Assembly (NCBI GenBank): GCA_965116475.1
Contig: OZ220691.1
Span: 3,456,001 to 3,520,000, forward strand
Direction: 5' to 3'
DNA from: Gemmatimonadota bacterium
GTDB taxonomy: Bacteria; Gemmatimonadota; Gemmatimonadetes; Palauibacterales; Palauibacteraceae
DNA length: 64,000 bases
Under the pieces are notes generated by a model that did not search any database, was not told the DNA's origin, and saw nothing but the letters and a program-made list of their open reading frames with translations. The stretch's first letter is position 1. Each line of letters opens with the position of its first letter. The translations under genes and the position numbers were made by a program. Of this stretch, positions 28,985 to 37,421 are shown piece by piece.

Positions 28985-30016
28985 ATGGCGAACATTCATA
29001 TTCCGCCCGGTTGGCGGATCAGGGAGAGCGAGGCGACGCCGGAGTCGGTGTACCTCGACCGGCGGCAGTTCGTGGCCCGCATGGGCGGGGGCGCGGTCCT
29101 CGCCGCCGCCTCGCTCGCCTGCCGGCCGGGCGCGGCGGCGGAAGCCCAGCAGCGCGGCCCCCTCGACAACATCCCGGACACCCCGACCGCGGATCTCTAT
29201 CCCGTGGCCGTGAACGATCCGCGCTTCACGCCCGGCGACCGCCACAAGGAGGTGTCGCCCGAGGAGATCGTGGCCACGTACAACAACTTCTACGAGTTCG
29301 GCACGGACAAGGACGGGGTGTGGCGCAACGTCGGCCCGTTCGAGGCTCGACCATGGCAACTGGAAGTCACGGGCCTCGTCGAGAACCCGGGCGTCTACGA
29401 CCTGGTGGAGCTGGAACGCGCCTTCCCGCTCGAGGAACGGATCTACCGGCACCGCTGCGTGGAGCGGTGGTCCGTCGTCGTACCGTGGATCGGCTTCCCG
29501 CTCGCCCGGCTGCTGGAGCGGGTGCAGCCGCGCAACGATGCCCGCTACGTCGGCTTCGTGACCTTCAACCGGCCCGAGCAGGCCTTCGGCCAGAAGACGC
29601 AAAGCTGGTACAAGTGGCCCTACTACGAAGGGCTTCGCATGGACGAGGCGATGAACGAACTCGCCTTCGTCGTGACGGGCATGTACGGCCATCCGCTCCA
29701 GAAGCAGAACGGCGCGCCGGTCCGTATCCACGTGCCCTGGAAATACGGATACAAGAGCCCCAAGAGCATCGTCCGCATCGACGTCACCGCGGAGATGCCG
29801 ACGACCTTCTGGAACGAGCTGCAGCCCTCCGAGTACGGCTTCTATTCGAACGTGGATCCGGGCGTGCCTCACCCCCGCTGGTCGCAGGAGCAGGAGGAGA
29901 TCGTCGGCACGGGGCAACGGATTCCGACGCTCCCGTTCAACGGATATGGCGAGTGGGTGGGAGACCTCTACGATGGTCGCGTGACGCCCGTCGGTGACGT
30001 GCCGCACGCCCGCTGA
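28985..30016 (+). CDS. msrP: Periplasmic protein-methionine-sulfoxide reductase catalytic subunit (Mo-MPT)
   Basis: Tat signal DRRQFV, YNNFYEFG, RHRCVE, WPYYEGLR, QNGAP, PWKYGYK, HPRWSQ; perfect TATAAT at 28904-28909. Confidence 0.95.
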   Translation: MANIHIPPGWRIRESEATPESVYLDRRQFVARMGGGAVLAAASLACRPGAAAEAQQRGPLDNIPDTPTADLYPVAVNDPRFTPGDRHKEVSPEEIVATYNNFYEFGTDKDGVWRNVGPFEARPWQLEVTGLVENPGVYDLVELERAFPLEERIYRHRCVERWSVVVPWIGFPLARLLERVQPRNDARYVGFVTFNRPEQAFGQKTQSWYKWPYYEGLRMDEAMNELAFVVTGMYGHPLQKQNGAPVRIHVPWKYGYKSPKSIVRIDVTAEMPTTFWNELQPSEYGFYSNVDPGVPHPRWSQEQEEIVGTGQRIPTLPFNGYGEWVGDLYDGRVTPVGDVPHAR

Positions 30017-30022
30017 AGTCCA

Positions 30023-30051
30023 GGCGGGCGGGATTCCTTGACCCGCCCGCC
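30023..30051 (+). terminator. GC hairpin after msrP (no U-tract)
   Basis: GGCGGGCGGG-attccttga-CCCGCCCGCC. Confidence 0.5.
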
Positions 30052-30066
30052 GTCCTCAGCTAGAGT
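30038..30066 (+). promoter_or_regulatory. Sigma-70 promoter of the cytochrome oxidase operon
   Basis: TTGACC-N17-TAGAGT. Confidence 0.6.
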
Positions 30067-30136
30067 CCCGCGGGCTTTGCGGAGGCGGAGCCCGCCCTGA
30101 ATCGAGACTTTCCCCGAAACGCATATAGATACGCCC

Positions 30137-31141
30137 TTGAGACGACGCGCGATCGCAGCGCTCGTGCTTTTCCTGGGGGTTCTGATCAGCCAGGGTTGCG
30201 GCGCCGAATATCCGCAATCCGCACTGCACCCCAGTTCAGATTCGGCCACGATCATCGACCGGCTCTTCGACCAGATCTTCTGGTGGGCGGTCGGCGTGTT
30301 CGTCGTGGTGGGGGGCATCCTCATCTACGTGGTCGTCCGCTTTCGCGAGCGGCCGGGCGACGGGCGGCCGAAGCAGGTCCACGGCCACCTTCTCCTCGAA
30401 GTGGGTTGGACGCTGGCCCCGGCGCTCATCCTCGTGGCGATCGCGATTCCGACCATCCGCGCCATCTTCATCATCGACCGCTCGACGCCGGACCCGGAGG
30501 CGCTCGTCATCGAGGTCATCGGCAAGCAGTGGTGGTGGGAATTCCGCTATCCGGAACTCGGCATCGTGACGGCGAACGAGGCGCACGTCCCGCTGGGCCG
30601 CACCGTCGACCTGAGGCTCCGTTCCGCCGACGTCATGCATTCGTTCTGGATCCCGCGCCTGGCCGGAAAGCGGGACCTCGTGCCGGGGATCGAGAACCAG
30701 CTCTGGTTCCGGCCGGATTCCGTCGGCGTGTACCACGGGCAGTGCGCGGAGTTCTGCGGCACGGCGCACGCGCTCATGGGGATGCGCGTGATCGTGGACG
30801 AACCCGGGGAGTTCGAGCGCTGGGCGCGGGCGAACGCGGAGCCGGCTTCGACGCCCGGGGACGCGGAGGCGCGGGCGGGGCAGGGCGTGTTCATGGCGAA
30901 CGCGTGCGTGAGCTGTCACACGGTGAGAGGGACGCCGGCGGCGGGGCCGTTCGGCCCCGACCTCACCCACTTCGGGAGCCGGCTCACGATCGCCTCGGGC
31001 GTACTCGAGAACACGCCCGCGAACCTGGTGCGCTGGCTGGATTCCACCCAGCACGTGAAACCCGGAAACCTGATGCCCGAGGTGGAGCTGAGCGACGCAC
31101 AGATTCGCCAGCTCGTCGCCTACCTCGGCTCGCTGCGTTAG
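30137..31141 (+). CDS. coxB: Cytochrome c oxidase subunit II with fused cytochrome c (caa3 type)
   Basis: Lipobox QGC, QWWWEF, DVMHSFW, CAEFCGTAH (CuA), CVSCH heme c. Confidence 0.95.
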   Translation: MRRRAIAALVLFLGVLISQGCGAEYPQSALHPSSDSATIIDRLFDQIFWWAVGVFVVVGGILIYVVVRFRERPGDGRPKQVHGHLLLEVGWTLAPALILVAIAIPTIRAIFIIDRSTPDPEALVIEVIGKQWWWEFRYPELGIVTANEAHVPLGRTVDLRLRSADVMHSFWIPRLAGKRDLVPGIENQLWFRPDSVGVYHGQCAEFCGTAHALMGMRVIVDEPGEFERWARANAEPASTPGDAEARAGQGVFMANACVSCHTVRGTPAAGPFGPDLTHFGSRLTIASGVLENTPANLVRWLDSTQHVKPGNLMPEVELSDAQIRQLVAYLGSLR

Positions 31142-31145
31142 CGCC

Positions 31146-32984
31146 ATGGCGATGACCGACGCGCATTCCACCGGAATCCTGAGCTGGCTGACGACGGTCG
31201 ACCACAAGCGGATCGCGATCATGTACTTCGTGGTCGGGTTCGTCTTCCTCCTCATCGCGGGCGTCGAGGGGCAGCTCATCCGGCTGCAGCTCGCCGCCCC
31301 CGAGCGCAGCTTCCTCGATCCGGACCTGTACAACCAGTTGTTCACGATGCACGGCACGACGATGGTGTTCTTCGCCGGCATGCCGCTCGTCGTCGCCTTC
31401 TTCAACTTCGTCGTGCCCCTGCAGATCGGGGCGCGCGATGTCGCCTTCCCGCGCCTGAACGCGTTCTCCTTCTGGGTCTTCCTCTTCGGCGGCCTCTTCC
31501 TGTACGCGAGCGTCCCGCTCCGCGTGATGCCCGATGGGGGCTGGTTCGCGTACATGCCGCTGACGAACCCCGAGTATTCGCCGGGGCCGGGCATCGACTT
31601 CTACGTCCTCGCGCTCCTGATCTCCGGCGTGGGGTCGATCGCGGGCGGACTGAACTTCCTCGTCACGATCCTCAACATGAGGGCGCCGGGGATGACGTTC
31701 ATGCGGATGCCGCTCTTCACCTGGATGGCGCTCATCGTCTCCGCGCTCATCCTGCTCGCCTTCCCGCCCTTCACGGTCGGCCTGATCTTCATGCTCTTCG
31801 ACCGCAGCTTCGGAACGCACTTCTTCGACGCGGCGGCGGGCGCGGACCCCGTCCTCTGGCAGCACCTGTTCTGGGTCTTCGGCCACCCCGAGGTCTACAT
31901 CCTCATCCTGCCCGCCTTCGGCATCGTGTCGGACGTGATCCCGACGTTCTCGCGGAAGATCCTGTTCGGGTATCCCGTCGTCGTCTTCTCGGGCGTCCTC
32001 ATCGCCTTCCTCGGTTTCGGTGTCTGGGTCCACCACATGTTCTCGGTCGGACTCGGGCCGGTGGTGAACGCGGTCTTCGGCGGGGCGACGATGCTCATCG
32101 CGATTCCCACCGGGATCAAGATCTTCAACTGGATCGCGACGATGTGGGGGGGTCGTCTACGCTTCCGGACGGCGATGCTGTTCGCGATCGGACTCGTGGC
32201 GACGTTCACGATCGGCGGCCTGAGCGGCGTCATGCACAGTTCGCCGCCCGCGGACCTGCAGCAGACGGACACGTACTTCGTGGTGGCGCACTTCCACTAC
32301 GTGCTCATCGGCGGGACCGTGTTCGGCCTCTTCTGCGGCTTCTACTACTGGTTCCCGAAGGCGACGGGGCGGATGCTGCACGAGGGGCTGGGGAAGGCCC
32401 ACTTCTGGCTCTCCTTCCTCGCGCTGAACGTGACCTTCTTCCCGATGCACTTCTCGGGACTCCTGGGGATGCCGCGGCGTACCTACACCTACGCGGAGGG
32501 GCTGGGCCTGGACGTGTTCAACCTGATCTCGACCATCGGGGCCTTCATCTTCACGCTTTCCTTCGTGCCGCTGGTCTGGAACCTGTGGCGCACGTGGCGG
32601 CGCGGAGAGGCGGCCGGACACAATCCGTGGGACGCGTCGACGCTCGAATGGACGATGGCCTCGCCGCCGCCGCACTACAACTTCGCGGAGATCCCGGCCG
32701 TCGACCGGCGGGACCCGCTCTGGCATCCCTACATCGAGCCGGAAGCGCGCCGCGAGGGGGATGAGCCCGGGGGCGCGGTGCCGCGGCGGCAGCCGGAGGA
32801 GCCGCCGGAGCCCGTGGTCATGCCGAATCCGTCGTACTGGCCGCTCGTGCTCGCCGTGGGGCTGCTCCTCATGACGATCGGCGGGCTCGGGTCGCTGGGG
32901 CTGACGCTCTTCGGCCTGCTCGTGACGGCGGTGGGGCTCTTCGCGTGGGCCTTCGAGCCCCCGTTCGGCGAGGAGGCGCACTGA
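31146..32984 (+). CDS. coxA: Cytochrome c oxidase subunit I, A1 type
   Basis: TTVDHKRI, MHGT, WVFGHPEVY, WVHHMF, HFHY, GMPRR. Confidence 0.97.
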   Translation: MAMTDAHSTGILSWLTTVDHKRIAIMYFVVGFVFLLIAGVEGQLIRLQLAAPERSFLDPDLYNQLFTMHGTTMVFFAGMPLVVAFFNFVVPLQIGARDVAFPRLNAFSFWVFLFGGLFLYASVPLRVMPDGGWFAYMPLTNPEYSPGPGIDFYVLALLISGVGSIAGGLNFLVTILNMRAPGMTFMRMPLFTWMALIVSALILLAFPPFTVGLIFMLFDRSFGTHFFDAAAGADPVLWQHLFWVFGHPEVYILILPAFGIVSDVIPTFSRKILFGYPVVVFSGVLIAFLGFGVWVHHMFSVGLGPVVNAVFGGATMLIAIPTGIKIFNWIATMWGGRLRFRTAMLFAIGLVATFTIGGLSGVMHSSPPADLQQTDTYFVVAHFHYVLIGGTVFGLFCGFYYWFPKATGRMLHEGLGKAHFWLSFLALNVTFFPMHFSGLLGMPRRTYTYAEGLGLDVFNLISTIGAFIFTLSFVPLVWNLWRTWRRGEAAGHNPWDASTLEWTMASPPPHYNFAEIPAVDRRDPLWHPYIEPEARREGDEPGGAVPRRQPEEPPEPVVMPNPSYWPLVLAVGLLLMTIGGLGSLGLTLFGLLVTAVGLFAWAFEPPFGEEAH

Positions 32985-33553
32985 TGGAGGGGCCGACCTC
33001 GACGGGCATCCCGAACCGCAAGCTCGCGATGTGGACCTTCATCGGGTCCGAGTGCATGCTCTTCGGCACCCTCATCGCCACGTACATGATCTATCGCGGG
33101 CGGAACCTCGTGCCGCCCTATCCGCACGACCTCCTGAACATCCCGTTCATCACGGTCACGACCTTCGTGCTCCTGATGAGCAGCCTCATGATGGTGCTCG
33201 CGCTCGCGGCGGTGCAGAGGAACGACCTGCGGGCGACGAAGCTGTGGCTCGGCCTGACAGCACTGTTCGGCCTCATCTTCCTCGGCGGGCAGTACTACGA
33301 GTTCAACCACTTCGTCCACGAGGGGCTGCCGCTGTCGAGGAACCTGTTCTCGTCGACCTTCTTCGTCCTCACGGGAACCCACGGCGCTCACGTCGCCGGC
33401 GGCGTGATCTGGCTGAGCACGCTCCTCGTGAGGACGGTGCAGGGGAAGCTCGACGCCCGCCATGCGGAGACGGTGGAGATCGCCGGTCTCTACTGGCACT
33501 TCGTCGACGTCGTGTGGATTATCCTCTTCACCCTCATCTACCTGCTGGTGTGA
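32984..33553 (+). CDS. coxC: Cytochrome c oxidase subunit III
   Basis: WTFIGSECMLF, TGTHGAHV, LYWHFVDVVW. Confidence 0.95.
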   Translation: MEGPTSTGIPNRKLAMWTFIGSECMLFGTLIATYMIYRGRNLVPPYPHDLLNIPFITVTTFVLLMSSLMMVLALAAVQRNDLRATKLWLGLTALFGLIFLGGQYYEFNHFVHEGLPLSRNLFSSTFFVLTGTHGAHVAGGVIWLSTLLVRTVQGKLDARHAETVEIAGLYWHFVDVVWIILFTLIYLLV

Positions 33554-33560
33554 GGCACCC

Positions 33561-33854
33561 GTGAGCCACTCCGCCGAATCGCACCCGAGCACGCGCCTCT
33601 ACGTCGCCGTCGCGGTGATCCTCGCCGCGCTGACGGCGCTCGAGGTGATGGTGTTCTACATCGAGGCGCTCGCGCCCGTGCTCATCCCGATCCTGCTCGT
33701 GATGATGGCGGCGAAATTCGCGCTCGTCGCGATGTTCTTCATGCACCTGAAGTCCGATGGCCCGGTCCTCACCGCCATCTTCGCCTGGGGGGTGTTCATC
33801 GCCACCGCCATCGTCGTCGGGCTGATGGCGATCTTCGGGAAGTTCGGCGCCTGA
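33561..33854 (+). CDS. Cytochrome c oxidase subunit IV family protein
   Basis: Three TM segments, LTALEV, KFALVAMFFMHLK. Confidence 0.85.
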   Translation: MSHSAESHPSTRLYVAVAVILAALTALEVMVFYIEALAPVLIPILLVMMAAKFALVAMFFMHLKSDGPVLTAIFAWGVFIATAIVVGLMAIFGKFGA

Positions 33855-33890
33855 CGACGAACCTGCTGTAGGGCGCCGGGTGCCGGGCCG

Positions 33891-34694
33891 TCAGCGGGCC
33901 GGGGTCGCGGAAAGGGCGTAGAGGAAGAGGTTCACGCCCATCCGCATCGCGGACTCCCGTACCTCGGGCGCGTCCCCGTGCACGCCCTCGTCCTCCCAGC
34001 CGTCCCCCAGGTCGGATTCGAAGCTGTAGTAGACCGCGAGGCGGCCATCGAGGAAGATGCCGAACCCCTGTGCGGGATTCCCGTCGTGCTCGTGGATCTT
34101 GGGCAGTCCGTCGGACATCTCGTAGAAGATCCGGTAGATGCTGTGCTCGAGCGGGACTTCGGCGAGGGGCAGGTCCGGGAAGAGGCGGGCGATCTCGCGG
34201 CGAAAGGACTCGTCGAGGCCGTAGTTGTCGTCCACGTGCAGGAAGCCGCCGCCGTACAGGTAGGCGCGCAGGCGTTCGACCTCGAGCGCGGTGAAGGACA
34301 TGTTGCCGTGTCCCGTCGCGTACAGGTACGGATGGTCGGCGAGGTCGGGATCCGCGGCGCCCACTTCCGCCGGCCGGTCGGCCACCGGAATCCCGGTTCG
34401 GAGCCGGATCTGCTCGAGGAGGTTGTCGAGGCTCGAGGGATTCGCGTACCAGTCGCCCCCGCCGTCGTAGCGCAGGCGCGCGATCGTCGGCGGCTCCGTC
34501 CCCCCCGCGTCGCCCGGCGGCTGGCCGGCAAGGCTCGGGCAGGACCCGAGCGCGGCCAGCGCGGCGGCGGCGACGGCGACGAAACCGATCACCATCTGCG
34601 GCGCGCGGTCGCCGCGGCGCTGCGTGGCGCGGCAGTGCGGACAGGTCCGCGTCGCGTCCGGTACGCTGCACTTGCAGCGTCGGCAGGGCTTCAT
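33891..34694 (-). CDS. DUF4159 protein with N-terminal zinc ribbon and TM helix
   Basis: CRRC..CPHC, TM, IARLRYDGGGDWY, YATGHG, GGFLHVDDNYG, GLPKIHEHD, DLGDGWED. Confidence 0.85.
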   Translation of the reverse strand: MKPCRRCKCSVPDATRTCPHCRATQRRGDRAPQMVIGFVAVAAAALAALGSCPSLAGQPPGDAGGTEPPTIARLRYDGGGDWYANPSSLDNLLEQIRLRTGIPVADRPAEVGAADPDLADHPYLYATGHGNMSFTALEVERLRAYLYGGGFLHVDDNYGLDESFRREIARLFPDLPLAEVPLEHSIYRIFYEMSDGLPKIHEHDGNPAQGFGIFLDGRLAVYYSFESDLGDGWEDEGVHGDAPEVRESAMRMGVNLFLYALSATPAR

Positions 34695-34900
34695 TTGCCT
34701 GGGTTCATCGTGGCGCCTCGATCGCGTGGCGCGGCGCCCTGGCCGCGCCGTGTCCCACCCCGTCTTCCCGTCCGCCCGGCCCCGGGCGCGGATCGGCGAT
34801 GGGCAGGTAGATTATCGGTTCGCGCGCCCCGGGGCGAAGGCTTAGGATGTGCCGCGCGACGGGCCGCTTTCCGGCCTGCCGGACCACGAGGACCTGGACG

Positions 34901-36040
34901 ATGCGTCGATACTCGGCCTACGACCCCCCTGAGTACGTCTCCTGGCAGCCGGACCCCGAACTCCTCGAGGAGTACAGGTCGCGCATCCGGGCGGACGATG
35001 CCCGCGCGCGCGAAATCGCCGCGTTGCCTCCCGGCGCGCACATCGAGCTGTATCGCGGGCTCCTCCGCTTCCGCCTCAGCGACATCGCCCTCACGAGGTG
35101 GGTGAAGCAGGGCGTGATCTCGAAGGCGTGGCTCGCGACCGGCGAGGAAGCGGTGACCGTTGGGGCCGTGAACGCGCTCGACCGCCGCGGCGCCGACGGG
35201 GACATCGTGGGGCCCATGATCCGCAACCAGGGCGCGAACCACGAGATGGGCATGCCGATGGCGGAGGTCTTCCGCACCTACCTCGGGACGGCGGACGCCC
35301 CGGCGGAAGGACGGGACCTGCACCTCGGAGACCTGCGCTACGGCGTGTGTCCGCCCATCAGCATGGTCGCGACGCTGTCGACGGTCATGAACGGGTTCGC
35401 TCTCGCGTTCCGGATCCGCGGAGAGTCGCGGGTGGCGCTGACCTGGGTCGGGGACGGCGCAACGAAGCATGGCGAGGCGCACGAGGCGTTCGCCTTCGCG
35501 GCATCGCTCAGCCTGCCGATCGTCTTCATCATCCAGAACAACCAGGTGGCGCTGGGGACCCGGCTGGACCAGCACCACGTGCCGCCCGACTTCTCGGACT
35601 GGGGCGCGGCGTACGGGATTCCCTCCGAATCGGTGGATGGGAACCACGTGCTCGAGGTCTATGCGGCGACGCGGGTGGCCGCCGAGCGCTGCCGGCGGGG
35701 GGAGGGGCCGCAACTCATCGAGGCGCGCACCTTCCGCATGGGAGGGCACGCGACGCACGACGTGCGCGAGGCCCGGGCCACCTTCTCCGGCGAATTGTTC
35801 CGGTACTGGGGCCGGCGCGATCCCATCGGGCTCTATGAGGAATACCTGGCGGGGATCGATCTCGGAGTCGCCGGCGCCGGCAACTTGCGAGAGCGGAACC
35901 TCCGGAAGCTCGCATTGGTGGAGCGTGAAGTGGAGACGGAGATCGAGCAGGCGGCGGACGAGGCGCTGGCGAGCCGCGAGACGGCCGTGCCCCGCGGCGA
36001 GACGGTGACGCGCGGCGTGTACGGCGGGGGGGCGGCGTGA
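34901..36040 (+). CDS. TPP-dependent 2-oxoacid dehydrogenase E1 alpha subunit
   Basis: GDGATKHGEAHE...IIQNN TPP motif, VDGNHV, TFRMGGHATHD, RDPI. Confidence 0.88.
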   Translation: MRRYSAYDPPEYVSWQPDPELLEEYRSRIRADDARAREIAALPPGAHIELYRGLLRFRLSDIALTRWVKQGVISKAWLATGEEAVTVGAVNALDRRGADGDIVGPMIRNQGANHEMGMPMAEVFRTYLGTADAPAEGRDLHLGDLRYGVCPPISMVATLSTVMNGFALAFRIRGESRVALTWVGDGATKHGEAHEAFAFAASLSLPIVFIIQNNQVALGTRLDQHHVPPDFSDWGAAYGIPSESVDGNHVLEVYAATRVAAERCRRGEGPQLIEARTFRMGGHATHDVREARATFSGELFRYWGRRDPIGLYEEYLAGIDLGVAGAGNLRERNLRKLALVEREVETEIEQAADEALASRETAVPRGETVTRGVYGGGAA

Positions 36041-36495
36041 CGGGCGGCGGCGCCCGCCCGCGGCGGTCGGGCCGGGTCGACGGCGCCACGTGGACGCTGT
36101 ACGACGCCGGCCGGGCGCCGTCCGGCCTCGGGCTCGGCTACTTCGTTTGCGACGACCCGGAGGTGGCGGACCGGCGGGCGGCGCTTCCCGCGGGGCTGGT
36201 CCTCGCGGATCTCGACGACGACGCCTTTCGCGCGTTGTGGGAGGCGGGACGACCGCTCACGGGGACCGAGCGCCGGGTCATCGACGGCAGCGGAGCGATC
36301 TGGCTTGCCCAGGGCCGGGGGCCGGTCTGGGCCGAGGGAGGGAGCGCGGCGGGTACCGTGGGCCTTCGCGTCCGCTGCATCAGCGCCGACCGCCCCGTGC
36401 TGGAGTTGAACGGCGCCTCGCTCTCCGGGATGTCGGACGCGGAACTGATCGCGCGGGTCGGCCCGCCTGAAGGAGTCGCGCCATCCTCCGATTGA
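36037..36495 (+). CDS. Hypothetical protein
   Basis: Fills the gap exactly with GTGA and TTGA overlaps at both ends; no motif recognised. Confidence 0.6.
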   Translation: MTGGGARPRRSGRVDGATWTLYDAGRAPSGLGLGYFVCDDPEVADRRAALPAGLVLADLDDDAFRALWEAGRPLTGTERRVIDGSGAIWLAQGRGPVWAEGGSAAGTVGLRVRCISADRPVLELNGASLSGMSDAELIARVGPPEGVAPSSD

Positions 36496-37421
36496 CATTT
36501 CTCGGAACGGCTTCCTCGCGGCCGACGGTGTCGCGGAACGTTTCGTCGCTCGCGCTGAAGCGCGAGGGGCGGTTGTTTCTCCTCGACTGCGGCGAGGGGA
36601 CGCAGCGGCAGATGATGCGCTACGGGGTGGGCTTTTCCATCGGAGACATCCTCGTCACGCACCTCCACTCCGACCACTACCTCGGGCTCGCGGGCCTGCT
36701 CCGCACGATGAGCCTCCAGGGGCGCGAGGAGCCGCTGCGGATCTGGGCGCCGGGCGGCGCGGGCGAGACGCTCCGCGCGCTCCGGGATCTGGGCGGGGAC
36801 CGACTGGCGTTCGACGCGACCGTGCACGAACTGCGGGCGGGCGAGGCGGTGGAAGGGGAGGGCTTTCGCGTCGAGGCGTTCGCGACCGAGCACACGCGGC
36901 GCTCGCTCGGATTCGCCCTCATCGAGGATGCGCGCCCCGGGAGGTTCGACGTGGCGGCGGCCCGAAAACTGGGCGTCCCGGAAGGCCCGCTCTTCGGGCG
37001 ACTGCATCGCGGCGAGAGCGTGGACCTCGAGGACGGCCGGCGCATCCGCCCCGGGGACCTCGTGGGTCCTCCGCGGGCGGGCAGAAGGGTCGTGTACACC
37101 GGGGATACGCGTCCCTCTCCGGAAACGGTCCGGATCTCGCGCGACGCCGACCTCCTCGTGCACGAGGCGACCTTCACGGAGGAGGAACGAAATCGGGCGC
37201 GGGAGACCGGCCACTCCACGGCCGCCGACGCGGCCGGGGTCGCCCGCGAGGCGGGTGTGCGGCGGCTCGTGCTGACGCACGTCAGCGCCCGCTACGCCGA
37301 GCGGCCGGCGCAACTGCTCGAGGAGGCGCGTGCCGTCTTTCCGCGGGCGGAACTCGCGCGCGACGGCTGGTCCACCGAGATCTCCTTCGATGACGCGGAC
37401 CCGGGAGATCCGGACCCTTGA
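36492..37421 (+). CDS. rnz: Ribonuclease Z
   Basis: FLGTASSRP, DCGEGTQRQ, THLHSDH, GVPEGP exosite, YTGDT, HEAT, LTHVSARY. Confidence 0.95.
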   Translation: MTFLGTASSRPTVSRNVSSLALKREGRLFLLDCGEGTQRQMMRYGVGFSIGDILVTHLHSDHYLGLAGLLRTMSLQGREEPLRIWAPGGAGETLRALRDLGGDRLAFDATVHELRAGEAVEGEGFRVEAFATEHTRRSLGFALIEDARPGRFDVAAARKLGVPEGPLFGRLHRGESVDLEDGRRIRPGDLVGPPRAGRRVVYTGDTRPSPETVRISRDADLLVHEATFTEEERNRARETGHSTAADAAGVAREAGVRRLVLTHVSARYAERPAQLLEEARAVFPRAELARDGWSTEISFDDADPGDPDP

